NCBI GenBank assembly: GCA_018432235.1
Contig: JAHDLO010000012.1
Coordinates: 1,461 to 33,460, forward strand
DNA: 32,000 nucleotides
Source of the DNA: Clostridiaceae bacterium
Lineage (GTDB): Bacteria; Bacillota; Clostridia; Peptostreptococcales; Natronincolaceae
Reading direction: 5' to 3'
The notes under the pieces were generated by a model. The model worked only from the letters and a program-made list of their open reading frames with translations. It was not told where the DNA came from and ran no database searches. The translations under genes and the position numbers were made by a program. Position 1 is the first letter of the stretch. The number at the start of each line of letters is the position of its first letter. Positions 8,532 through 16,118 of this stretch are shown here, piece after piece.

Positions 8532-8609
8532 CAACACAAGACTGCTGTCTTGTGTTGTAGCAAGCACTGAATAATGCCAGCATTATTCGCTTGTCAGGGA
8601 TAATCCCTG
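8532..8609 (+). other. Candidate oriT: three consecutive inverted repeats upstream of mobC/relaxase
   Basis: IR1 is CAACACAAGAC-tgct-GTCTTGTGTTG (8532-8557, a perfect 11-bp stem). IR2 is GAATAATGC-ca-GCATTATTC (8569-8588). IR3 is CAGGGA-taa-TCCCTG (8595-9609 region, precisely 8595-8609). They lie 29 nt upstream of the mobC start, the usual oriT position. Confidence 0.5.
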
Positions 8610-8637
8610 AAACCCTTAAAAGAACAGGAGGTTATAT

Positions 8638-9009
8638 ATGCTTAAACGAAGCATAAAAGTGACATTTCGTATGAATACTAGAGAATTTCAGCGATTAAAA
8701 ACTCAGGTGAAGAAAACCGGACTTTCGCAGGAAGCTTTTATTCGTTCACTTATAAACGGTTATATGCCCAAGGAACTGCCTCCTATCGATTACTTCTCTA
8801 TGATGCGAGAGCTTCACGCTATTGGAAACAATTTAAATCAACTTGCGGCTAAGGCTAATGCCACAGGGCATATTGATAAAGCTGTTTTTCAGTATGAAGC
8901 AAACCGACTTAGAAGGGCTGTACAGGATATACAAGAAGCAGTTATATCACCGGAAAGGAGAGAAAACTATGGCAACCACAGCAATATGGGATGTGACAGA
9001 CCGCCTTGA
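8638..9009 (+). CDS. mobC: MobC-type relaxosome accessory protein (ribbon-helix-helix)
   Basis: 123-aa ORF with a GGAGG RBS. The pattern KVTFRMNTREFQRLKTQVKKTGLSQEAFIRSLI...ELHAIGNNLNQLAAKAN is typical of MobC/RHH mobilisation proteins. It overlaps the relaxase start. Confidence 0.75.
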   Translation: MLKRSIKVTFRMNTREFQRLKTQVKKTGLSQEAFIRSLINGYMPKELPPIDYFSMMRELHAIGNNLNQLAAKANATGHIDKAVFQYEANRLRRAVQDIQEAVISPERRENYGNHSNMGCDRPP

Positions 9010-10360
9010 CCGAGTAATTGATTATGCCACTAATCCCAACAAAACAGAGAACCTTGATTTTTCCAGTCCTGATTTTCAGGATTTGCAGAAGGTGCTGGAT
9101 TACACACAGCAGGATGCCAAAACCGAAAGGCAATTTTATGTAACGGGAATCAACTGCGACCCGGTCACTGCCTGCGAACAAATGAGCCGGACAAAGTTCC
9201 AGTTTCAAAAGACGGAAGGCATACTGGCTTTTCACGGTTACCAAGCCTTTGCACCGGGAGAAGCCACACCTGAAACCGCTCATGCCATCGGCGTAAAGCT
9301 GGCGCAGGAGCTATGGGGCGACCGTTTTGAGGTAGTGGTTTCCACCCACCTTGACAAGCAGCATCTTCATAATCATTTTGTGCTGAACTCTGTGTCCTTC
9401 ATGGACGGCAAGCGGTATTATGATAATAAGGCTACTTATGCCCTCATGCGGCAGACCTCCGACCGGCTGTGCCGGGAATACTCCCTTTCCGTTATTGAAA
9501 ACCCAAAACGGGGAAAATCGAAGCATTATGCCGAATGGAAGGCCGAAAAGGAAGGTAAGCCCACCTGGCGGGGACAGATCCGGGAGGATGTTGACAGTAT
9601 GATTGCCGCCTCCATGACTTTCACACAGTTTATCGCCACTCTCCGCAAGCAGGGATATGAAGTTAAAACCGGTGTGAAATACATGGCGGTGCGTCCGCCG
9701 GGCAAGGAGCGTTTTGTCCGGCTGAAAACCTTGGGGGACGATTACACTGAGGAAGCCATTAAGCAGCGCATCCTGCAAAACCGCAGCCCAAAGCGGGAGC
9801 AAATTCTCCCGGAACCTAAACGAAAACGGTATATCTTAAAAGGTTCTTTCAAGACAGCGAAGAAAATAACCGGACTGCAAGCTCTTTACTTTCATTACTT
9901 ATATAAGATGGGGATTCTGCCCCGAAAACGTGCGTCCAGCAAAAGGACGCATTTTTTATTGCGGGAGGACCTCCGGTACCTGGAGGAAATCACCGAACAA
10001 ACCAAGCTGCTTTGTGCTCACCATATTTCGAGCAAGGGGCAGCTTTTCACATATCAGTTAGCCGCGGAGCAGGAAATGAGCAGACTGTATGCCGACCGCA
10101 AAGCCCTTTACAACCGGATACGTCGCTGTAAGGACGATGAGCTGGTAACGGCATATAAGGAGCAGATTGCCGGACTTTCCAAAAAACTTTCCCTGCTCCG
10201 CAAGGAGGTGAAGCTCTGTACGGGCATCCTGTCCCGTTCCGAGGAAATGAAGCGGAAGTTGCTTCAAGTCAGACAGGAAGAAATCCAACATGGAAAGGAG
10301 GAAAAAACTTATGAACAACGGAGCCGACGCAGCGGACCAAATCGTAAATATGAGTTTTAA
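8969..10360 (+). CDS. Relaxase/mobilisation nuclease (MobA/VirD2-type)
   Basis: I moved the start to the ATG at 8969 (MATTAIWDV...), which follows GGAGAG. The histidine-triad motif is STHLDKQHLHNHFVLNSV. The C-terminal half is coiled-coil. Confidence 0.85.
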   Translation: MATTAIWDVTDRLDRVIDYATNPNKTENLDFSSPDFQDLQKVLDYTQQDAKTERQFYVTGINCDPVTACEQMSRTKFQFQKTEGILAFHGYQAFAPGEATPETAHAIGVKLAQELWGDRFEVVVSTHLDKQHLHNHFVLNSVSFMDGKRYYDNKATYALMRQTSDRLCREYSLSVIENPKRGKSKHYAEWKAEKEGKPTWRGQIREDVDSMIAASMTFTQFIATLRKQGYEVKTGVKYMAVRPPGKERFVRLKTLGDDYTEEAIKQRILQNRSPKREQILPEPKRKRYILKGSFKTAKKITGLQALYFHYLYKMGILPRKRASSKRTHFLLREDLRYLEEITEQTKLLCAHHISSKGQLFTYQLAAEQEMSRLYADRKALYNRIRRCKDDELVTAYKEQIAGLSKKLSLLRKEVKLCTGILSRSEEMKRKLLQVRQEEIQHGKEEKTYEQRSRRSGPNRKYEF

Positions 10361-11114
10361 AGGAATTGAGGTGCTGGCTAAAATCTCCGGTGAGGGAGCA
10401 AAAAACCTGGCTACCTATCTCTATGCTGTGCTGAAAGACCAGAAAAAGACCAGAGGTAAGACCCGTCTGGAGGGGCTTTTGCGCAGTGGTAAGGAACTGA
10501 AAGTCTTTGCAGTCAAGAACGAAGATTTACAGAAATTCACCCAGGAGGCAAAACGTTACGGCGTACTCTATTGCGCTCTCCGTGACAAAAATGATACTGA
10601 CGGCATGTGCGACATTATGGTGAGGGCGGAGGATGCATCCAAAATCAATCGCATTGTGGAACGTTTCAAGCTGGCTACTGTGGATACGGCAAGCATCAAG
10701 AGTGAAATCGAAAAATCCAGAGCTGCCAAGGAAGAGGAAAAAACTCCTGTCGAAAAAGGAACGCCCACCGAAAAAAGCACGGATGATTTTCTGGACGAAC
10801 TCATGGCAAAGCCCGAACAGCCGGAGCCGGTAAAGGAGCAGCCCGACAACCCAAACCCCACCACGGCGACGACGGAGAAATCCCATCCGTCCGAGCCTAT
10901 CTCAGAGCGCAGCGGGAAAGCCGCCGAGGGTACTATTGAGCGGCCAAGAAGATCCGTCCGCGAAGAATTGTGGGAAATCAAGGCCGCTCAAAAGGAGCAG
11001 GCGGCACAGCCCAAGCGCGAGCCTGCCAGAGAACAGCAAACTGCCGCAAAACAAAATGTCAAATCTGACAGGCAGCAAACGAAATCCATAAAACCAAAAT
11101 CGAAAGCGAGGTAA
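10311..11114 (+). CDS. pcfB: PcfB/DUF3801 family conjugation protein with a Pro/Glu/Lys-rich tail
   Basis: Start at the ATG at 10311, after GGAAAGGAGG. The pattern IVNMSFKGIEVLAKISGEGAKNLATYLYAVLKDQKKTRGKTRLEGLLRSGKELKVF...AKRYGVLY matches my memory of the PcfB family. Confidence 0.65.
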   Translation: MNNGADAADQIVNMSFKGIEVLAKISGEGAKNLATYLYAVLKDQKKTRGKTRLEGLLRSGKELKVFAVKNEDLQKFTQEAKRYGVLYCALRDKNDTDGMCDIMVRAEDASKINRIVERFKLATVDTASIKSEIEKSRAAKEEEKTPVEKGTPTEKSTDDFLDELMAKPEQPEPVKEQPDNPNPTTATTEKSHPSEPISERSGKAAEGTIERPRRSVREELWEIKAAQKEQAAQPKREPAREQQTAAKQNVKSDRQQTKSIKPKSKAR

Positions 11115-11119
11115 GCTTT

Positions 11120-12019
11120 ATGAGTAATTTCGATGATTTGTTCAAACAGGAAAATGCGCAACCTCCTTCCTCAAACGACCAGCCCTTTGATAAGGAAGCA
11201 TGGAAGCAGCAGAAGCAGGAACAGCGGGAAACGGTTTACGCCATGATTGATGACACGGCGGAAGCCGTGGCTAAGGACGGCACAAAATTTCAGAGCTATC
11301 TGGATGTACAAAGCCGTTTTGACCGTTACAGCGTTGCCAATGCCTTGTTAATCCTTGCGCAGCGGCCGGACGCTACCCGCATAGCGGATTTTGACACTTG
11401 GAAGGAGCAAGGTGTTTACATCCGCAAAAAGGAAAGTGGCTTCTACATCCTGGAGCCGGGCGAGGAATATCAGCGTGAAGACGGCACCACCGGCATCAGC
11501 TATAACCCTAAAAAAATGTTTGATATCACGCAGACCGGGAACAGCCGTAAGGGGGAGACGCCGTCCTATCCCGACGACCGTACTCGCATTAAAGCATTAA
11601 CGGCCCATTCACCTGTTCCCATCCGTATCAGCGATTCCTTGCCTGAAGGTGCAAACGCCCTATACCAGCCGGAAACAAGGGATATTATAATCCTTAAGGG
11701 CATGGACGCGGGCGATATTTTCCGCGCCCTTTCCCAGGAGCTTGCCCATGCGGAAATGGATACGGAAAATGGAAGCTACAGCCGTTCCGACCATGCCTTT
11801 CATGCCTACTGTACATCATACATGCTTTGCAAGCAGTATGGCGTGGACACGGACGGCTACCGTTTTGACCGTGCCCCCGAAATGCTGGAGAGCATGGATA
11901 CCCAGGAAATCCGGGCTGAGCTCTCTGTCATCCGGGATGCCAACTGTGAAATCTCAGGCAGGATGAACCGGGTGCTGGCGCAGCAAAGACAGCAAAAACG
12001 GCAGGAGCCGGAACGTTAG
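11120..12019 (+). CDS. ArdC-like ssDNA-binding (antirestriction-type) protein
   Basis: RYSVANALLILAQRPDATRIADFDTWKEQGVYIRKKESGFYILEP resembles the ArdC N-terminal/DUF1738 pattern (YS..N.lLI..Q.P.AT.va.f..Wke.Gr.vkKGEkGi.IlaP). The C-terminal part has QELAH where an HExxH metalloprotease motif would sit. Confidence 0.5.
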   Translation: MSNFDDLFKQENAQPPSSNDQPFDKEAWKQQKQEQRETVYAMIDDTAEAVAKDGTKFQSYLDVQSRFDRYSVANALLILAQRPDATRIADFDTWKEQGVYIRKKESGFYILEPGEEYQREDGTTGISYNPKKMFDITQTGNSRKGETPSYPDDRTRIKALTAHSPVPIRISDSLPEGANALYQPETRDIIILKGMDAGDIFRALSQELAHAEMDTENGSYSRSDHAFHAYCTSYMLCKQYGVDTDGYRFDRAPEMLESMDTQEIRAELSVIRDANCEISGRMNRVLAQQRQQKRQEPER

Positions 12020-12031
12020 GAGGAATTGCAC

Positions 12032-12217
12032 ATGAAAGAAGAAAGGGTGCTTACCCTGAACGATTACGAATACGGCGTTGTGGTAAACGCTTTAAACGAA
12101 ATGCGCAACGACCTGATTAAAGAAGAACGGCCCACCGACGCAGTAGACGAACTGCTTCTCAAAACCATCGACGCCCCAAGCAAAAAAGTAAAAAGAAGAA
12201 ACCATGAAACGCGCTGA
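12032..12217 (+). CDS. Small conserved-looking hypothetical protein (61 aa) preceding the coupling protein
   Basis: ATG at 12032, 8 nt after a TAGGAGG RBS. It overlaps the start of the next gene by 14 nt, which suggests an operon. Confidence 0.5.
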   Translation: MKEERVLTLNDYEYGVVVNALNEMRNDLIKEERPTDAVDELLLKTIDAPSKKVKRRNHETR

Positions 12218-13967
12218 AACCGCAAGGAGTAACCTGATACTCTTTGCGGTTTTTTTAATTCCGGTGGTATGGGCGGCTTTGCTTACCGCCCCTTCTCTGT
12301 CAGGAGGACTTCCCGAAATTCTTGCCAACCTAACGGCGGCAATGGATAATCCCTTTCACGTCCAATGGGTTGACGATTCATTAAAGTGCATCCTGCTGTT
12401 TGTTGCTGCCTATGGGATGGGCATCGGGATTTACCTTTCCACCAAACGCAATTACCGGCGAAGGGAGGAACACGGCAGCGCCCGCTGGGGCGGCGCGGTG
12501 GCTGTCAATAAAAAATACAGGGATAAGATCCACTTCCGGAATAAAATCCTGACTCAGAATGTCCGTATCGGCCTGGATGGAAGAAAGCACAGACGGAATC
12601 TGAATGTGCTGGTGGTAGGCGGCTCCGGCTCCGGTAAGACGAGATTTTACGCCAAGCCTAACATCATGCAGGCCAACACCTCTTTTGTTGTGCTTGACCC
12701 CAAGGGGGAGATCCTGCGGGACACGGGAAATCTGCTCAAAGCCAAGGACTATGAAATCAAGGTGCTGGATTTAATCAACATGCACCTGTCCCACTGCTAC
12801 AATCCCTTTTCCTACCTACAGGACGACAAGGACGTGCTGAAGCTGGTGACCAACCTGATTAGAAATACCACGCCCAAAGGCAGTAATACCAACGACCCGT
12901 TTTGGGAGCGTTCTGAAACGGCCCTGCTGGAAGCATTAATCCTGTACCTGCTTTACGAAGCCCCGCCGGAGGAACAAAACTTCCCGATGGTCATGGAAAT
13001 GATTGCCGCAGCCGAGGTCCGGGAGGATGACGAAACTTATCAAAGTCCTTTGGATGAACTGTTTGAACGGCTGGAAATGCGGGAGCCGGAGCATCTGGCG
13101 GTCAAACAGTATAATATCTTTAAGCTGGCGGCAGGCAAGACTGCCAAAAGTATTCTTATCAGCTTGGGGGTGCGGCTGGAGAAATTTAACTTGGCTTCCA
13201 TAGCCGGAATTACCACCACGGACGAACTGGATCTGGCCTACATCGGAGAAAAGAAAACGGCACTTTTTGCCGTCATACCGGACAACGATTCATCCTTTAA
13301 TTTCATTATCGGTATGCTTTATACACAGCTATTCCAACAGCTCTACTTTCTTGCCGACCATAGGTACGACGGACGGCTCCCTATTCACGTCCATTTTGTC
13401 ATGGACGAGTTTTCCAATGTCGCTTTGCCGGATGAATTTGACAAGCTGCTTTCCACCATGCGGTCTCGTGAAATATCCGTTTCCATTATTCTGCAAAACC
13501 TAGCGCAGCTAAAAGCCTTGTTCAAGGATACCTGGGAATCCATCGTGGGCAACTGTGACGAATTTCTGTACCTGGGCGGCAACGAGCAAAGCACCCATAA
13601 GTATGTATCCGAGCTTTTGGGCAAGGAAACCATTGACACCAATTCCTACGGGCAGAGTAAGGGCAGAAACGGCAGCTATTCCATCAATTATCAATTGTCG
13701 GGGCGTGAGCTTCTGACTCCTGATGAAGTGCGAATGCTGGACAACCGCTATGCCTTGCTGTTTATCCGGGGAGAACGTGCGGTGATGGATGACAAGTACG
13801 ATATTTTAAAGCACCCCAACCTCAAGCTGACCGTTGACGGCAACAGCGAAGCTTTCCGTCACGGAGGCACGGAAAACGCCCTGGATTGGAAAGCTGTAAC
13901 CTTAAACGAGAACAGCGATTACGAGCTTCTCACCGAGGAAGAACTCGAAATCCTGCTGCAATCCTGA
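12204..13967 (+). CDS. virD4: Type IV coupling protein (VirD4/TraG family)
   Basis: 587 aa with two N-terminal TM segments. Walker A is VVGGSGSGKT and Walker B is VHFVMDEFSN. A conserved ILQNLAQL block is also present. Confidence 0.9.
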   Translation: MKRAETARSNLILFAVFLIPVVWAALLTAPSLSGGLPEILANLTAAMDNPFHVQWVDDSLKCILLFVAAYGMGIGIYLSTKRNYRRREEHGSARWGGAVAVNKKYRDKIHFRNKILTQNVRIGLDGRKHRRNLNVLVVGGSGSGKTRFYAKPNIMQANTSFVVLDPKGEILRDTGNLLKAKDYEIKVLDLINMHLSHCYNPFSYLQDDKDVLKLVTNLIRNTTPKGSNTNDPFWERSETALLEALILYLLYEAPPEEQNFPMVMEMIAAAEVREDDETYQSPLDELFERLEMREPEHLAVKQYNIFKLAAGKTAKSILISLGVRLEKFNLASIAGITTTDELDLAYIGEKKTALFAVIPDNDSSFNFIIGMLYTQLFQQLYFLADHRYDGRLPIHVHFVMDEFSNVALPDEFDKLLSTMRSREISVSIILQNLAQLKALFKDTWESIVGNCDEFLYLGGNEQSTHKYVSELLGKETIDTNSYGQSKGRNGSYSINYQLSGRELLTPDEVRMLDNRYALLFIRGERAVMDDKYDILKHPNLKLTVDGNSEAFRHGGTENALDWKAVTLNENSDYELLTEEELEILLQS

Positions 13968-13992
13968 AAAATCTACATGGAGGTATAATTCT

Positions 13993-14298
13993 ATGAAAAT
14001 GTCCAAAAGAACCAAAACGGCTTTTGCCGTATACTGCGCACTGGTATTAATGACTGCCCTTTTTACCGCACCAGCCTATGCCGCAAATGACCCGCTGACC
14101 GTCGTTAATAATCTATCCGATTTTATCTTCGGACTGATCCGCGCCATCGGGATGATCCTACTTGGTTTTGGTATAGTGCAAATCGGCCTTTCCCTCAAAT
14201 CCCACGACCCGTCTCAGAGAGCAAATGGGTTTCTCACTCTTGCCGGCGGCATCATTATTACCTTTGCCAAAGAGATTTTAAATCTCATTACAGGCTGA
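13993..14298 (+). CDS. Maff2 family small membrane protein (pilin/VirB2-like candidate)
   Basis: 101 aa with a GGAGG RBS. It has a signal-like N-terminus ending AYAAND, followed by two hydrophobic helices. This is the typical Maff2 position, directly after the coupling protein. Confidence 0.7.
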   Translation: MKMSKRTKTAFAVYCALVLMTALFTAPAYAANDPLTVVNNLSDFIFGLIRAIGMILLGFGIVQIGLSLKSHDPSQRANGFLTLAGGIIITFAKEILNLITG

Positions 14299-14376
14299 TA
14301 TGAAGCGCCTCAAATATAAGGGGAACTGGCCGGTAAAAGCCTGTTCCCCAAATTTCTTCAAGGAGGTGGTTTTGTT

Positions 14377-15216
14377 ATGTCAAGCGGCAACTGGGTAATC
14401 GACAACTTGAACAACGCCCTGCAGACATGGAATGAAAAGCTGGCGGAAATCTGGCAGCTTGTGGCCCAATCTCCCACAGAATTTAAAGGCGGCGGTATTT
14501 GGAACGTTATTGTAAATATCCATGATGCATTGCAGGCCATCGGCCTTGCTCTGCTGGTACTGTTCTTCGTAATCGGTGTGGTTAAAACCTGCGGCAGCTT
14601 CGCGGAAGTCAAAAAGCCCGAACACGCTTTGAAGCTGTTCATCCGCTTTGCCCTGGCCAAAGGCGTGGTGACCTATGGGCTGGAGTTGATGATGGCACTG
14701 TTCAACATTGTGCAGGGCATAATCTCTACTATTATGACCAACGCGGGCTTTACGACTACCACCCCAACCGTCCTGCCAGACACAATTGTGCAGGCTGTCG
14801 AGGATTGCAGCTTCCTACAGAGCATACCGCTGTGGGCGGTGACCCTGATCGGAGGTCTGTTCATTACGGTGCTGTCCTTCATTATGATTCTGTCGGTGTA
14901 CGGGCGGTTTTTTAAATTATATTTATACACAGCAATCGCCCCCGTACCTATGGCCTCCTTTGCGGGAGAACCGAGCCAGAGCATCGGCATATCCTTCTTG
15001 AAAGGCTATGCCGCCGTCTGTCTGGAAGGGGCAATCATTGTCCTTGCCTGTGTTATTTTTTCCGTCTTTGCAGTGTCACCGCCGGTGGTGGATAGCAGCG
15101 CCAGCGCCGTTACAATGGTGTGGAGCTATGTAGGAGAACTTATTTTCAATATGCTGGTGCTGGTCGGTGCCGTCAAGATGGCCGACCGGGTGGTACGGGA
15201 GATGATGGGGTTGTAA
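14377..15216 (+). CDS. VirB6/TrbL-like polytopic membrane protein of the T4SS
   Basis: 279 aa with an AAGGAGG RBS and at least 5 hydrophobic helices. It lies between the Maff2-like and PrgI-like genes, as in Clostridia ICEs. Confidence 0.7.
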   Translation: MSSGNWVIDNLNNALQTWNEKLAEIWQLVAQSPTEFKGGGIWNVIVNIHDALQAIGLALLVLFFVIGVVKTCGSFAEVKKPEHALKLFIRFALAKGVVTYGLELMMALFNIVQGIISTIMTNAGFTTTTPTVLPDTIVQAVEDCSFLQSIPLWAVTLIGGLFITVLSFIMILSVYGRFFKLYLYTAIAPVPMASFAGEPSQSIGISFLKGYAAVCLEGAIIVLACVIFSVFAVSPPVVDSSASAVTMVWSYVGELIFNMLVLVGAVKMADRVVREMMGL

Positions 15217-15405
15217 TGCTGTCAGCCGTTGATATTTCTCTCGTACTGATTTTGTTCCCGCTTGCTCCTGCACAAAGTCCGGAAAAAGAATGGAGACAAA
15301 AAGAGCATAGAGCAGTGGTATCCCAAGCCATAAGAAAGATGCGATTTTAAACATGGAGTTTAACAGAAGCATTAATAAAAATATGAAAATGGATATGTAC
15401 ATCAT
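15076..15405 (-). CDS. Possible small two-TM membrane protein encoded antisense. Its tail overlaps the 3' end of the virB6-like gene.
   Basis: On the minus strand, a strong RBS (GGAAAGGAGGG) sits 8 nt before ATGATG (the start at 15405). The product begins MMYISIFIFLLMLLLNSMFKIASFLWLGIPLLYALFVSILF. The reading frame only closes at 15076, inside the convergent gene. Confidence 0.3.
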   Translation of the reverse strand: MMYISIFIFLLMLLLNSMFKIASFLWLGIPLLYALFVSILFPDFVQEQAGTKSVREKYQRLTALQPHHLPYHPVGHLDGTDQHQHIENKFSYIAPHHCNGAGAAIHHRR

Positions 15406-15494
15406 AAATAAACCCTCCTTTCCTAATTCCATTATCACCCATGGAAAAAGAAAATGGAAGGATATCACAGTGATAAATCAAAAGGAGGTTTTGC

Positions 15495-15692
15495 ATGAAA
15501 TCTAATCATTACAATAAGCAACTGGAAAAAGAGAAAGAAAAGCTCAACAAGCTTGCGGATGAAGCCTTGAAAAATGGTATCCCACTTAATCAGCATGTGG
15601 CTTTTATGGAGCAGAACCGTAAGGTTGACGAATTGGTAGTGAGGATACAAAGGGAAAAGGAACGGCGAAAGAAGAACCAACAGGAACGATAA
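15495..15692 (+). CDS. 65-aa helical protein, tentatively Spo0E-like
   Basis: AAAGGAGG RBS. LEKEKEKLNKLADEALKNGIPLNQHVAFMEQNRKVDELVVRIQ loosely follows the Spo0E-family helix-hairpin pattern (L..L......G..l......S..LD.LI..y). It lies in a low-GC insert between T4SS genes. Confidence 0.35.
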   Translation: MKSNHYNKQLEKEKEKLNKLADEALKNGIPLNQHVAFMEQNRKVDELVVRIQREKERRKKNQQER

Positions 15693-15752
15693 GGCAAACA
15701 ACCCCACAAAGCTTCATTGCACGGAGCTTTTTTTATTTGGAGGTGATTATAA

Positions 15753-16118
15753 TTGGAAGTTAAAATCAACCGGGAAATCCGGGATTATACGGAAAGTATG
15801 TTTTTTGGACTGTCCATGCGGCAGTTCATTTTTTCTGTACTGGCCGTAGGAATTGCCGTGGGCTTCTATTTCGGTTTGCGGGACTACTTCGGAACTGAAA
15901 CTGTGAGCTGGATGTGCGTTTTGGGTGCAGCCCCTTGTGCTGCCCTGGGCTTTATCAAATACCACGGCATGACTGCGGAGCAGTTTTTATGGGCGTATAT
16001 CAAATCGGAGTTTCTCATACCTAAAAAGCTGACATTTTATCCTACCAACGTGTATTACGAAGCATTGAAGCCGAGCATTGAGAAACACGAGAAGGAGGAA
16101 TACAAAAGCCATGATTAA
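15753..16118 (+). CDS. PrgI family/VirB3-like T4SS membrane protein
   Basis: TTG start 8 nt after GGAGGTG. The N-terminus EVKINREIRDYTESMFFGLSMRQFIF plus two TM helices fits the family. It overlaps the virB4 start. Confidence 0.7.
   Translation: MEVKINREIRDYTESMFFGLSMRQFIFSVLAVGIAVGFYFGLRDYFGTETVSWMCVLGAAPCAALGFIKYHGMTAEQFLWAYIKSEFLIPKKLTFYPTNVYYEALKPSIEKHEKEEYKSHD

Noticed and set aside
8843-8968. Upstream extension of the relaxase ORF (track start 8843)
   Set aside because: It lies inside mobC in another frame. An RBS plus ATG at 8969 gives a typical relaxase N-terminus.
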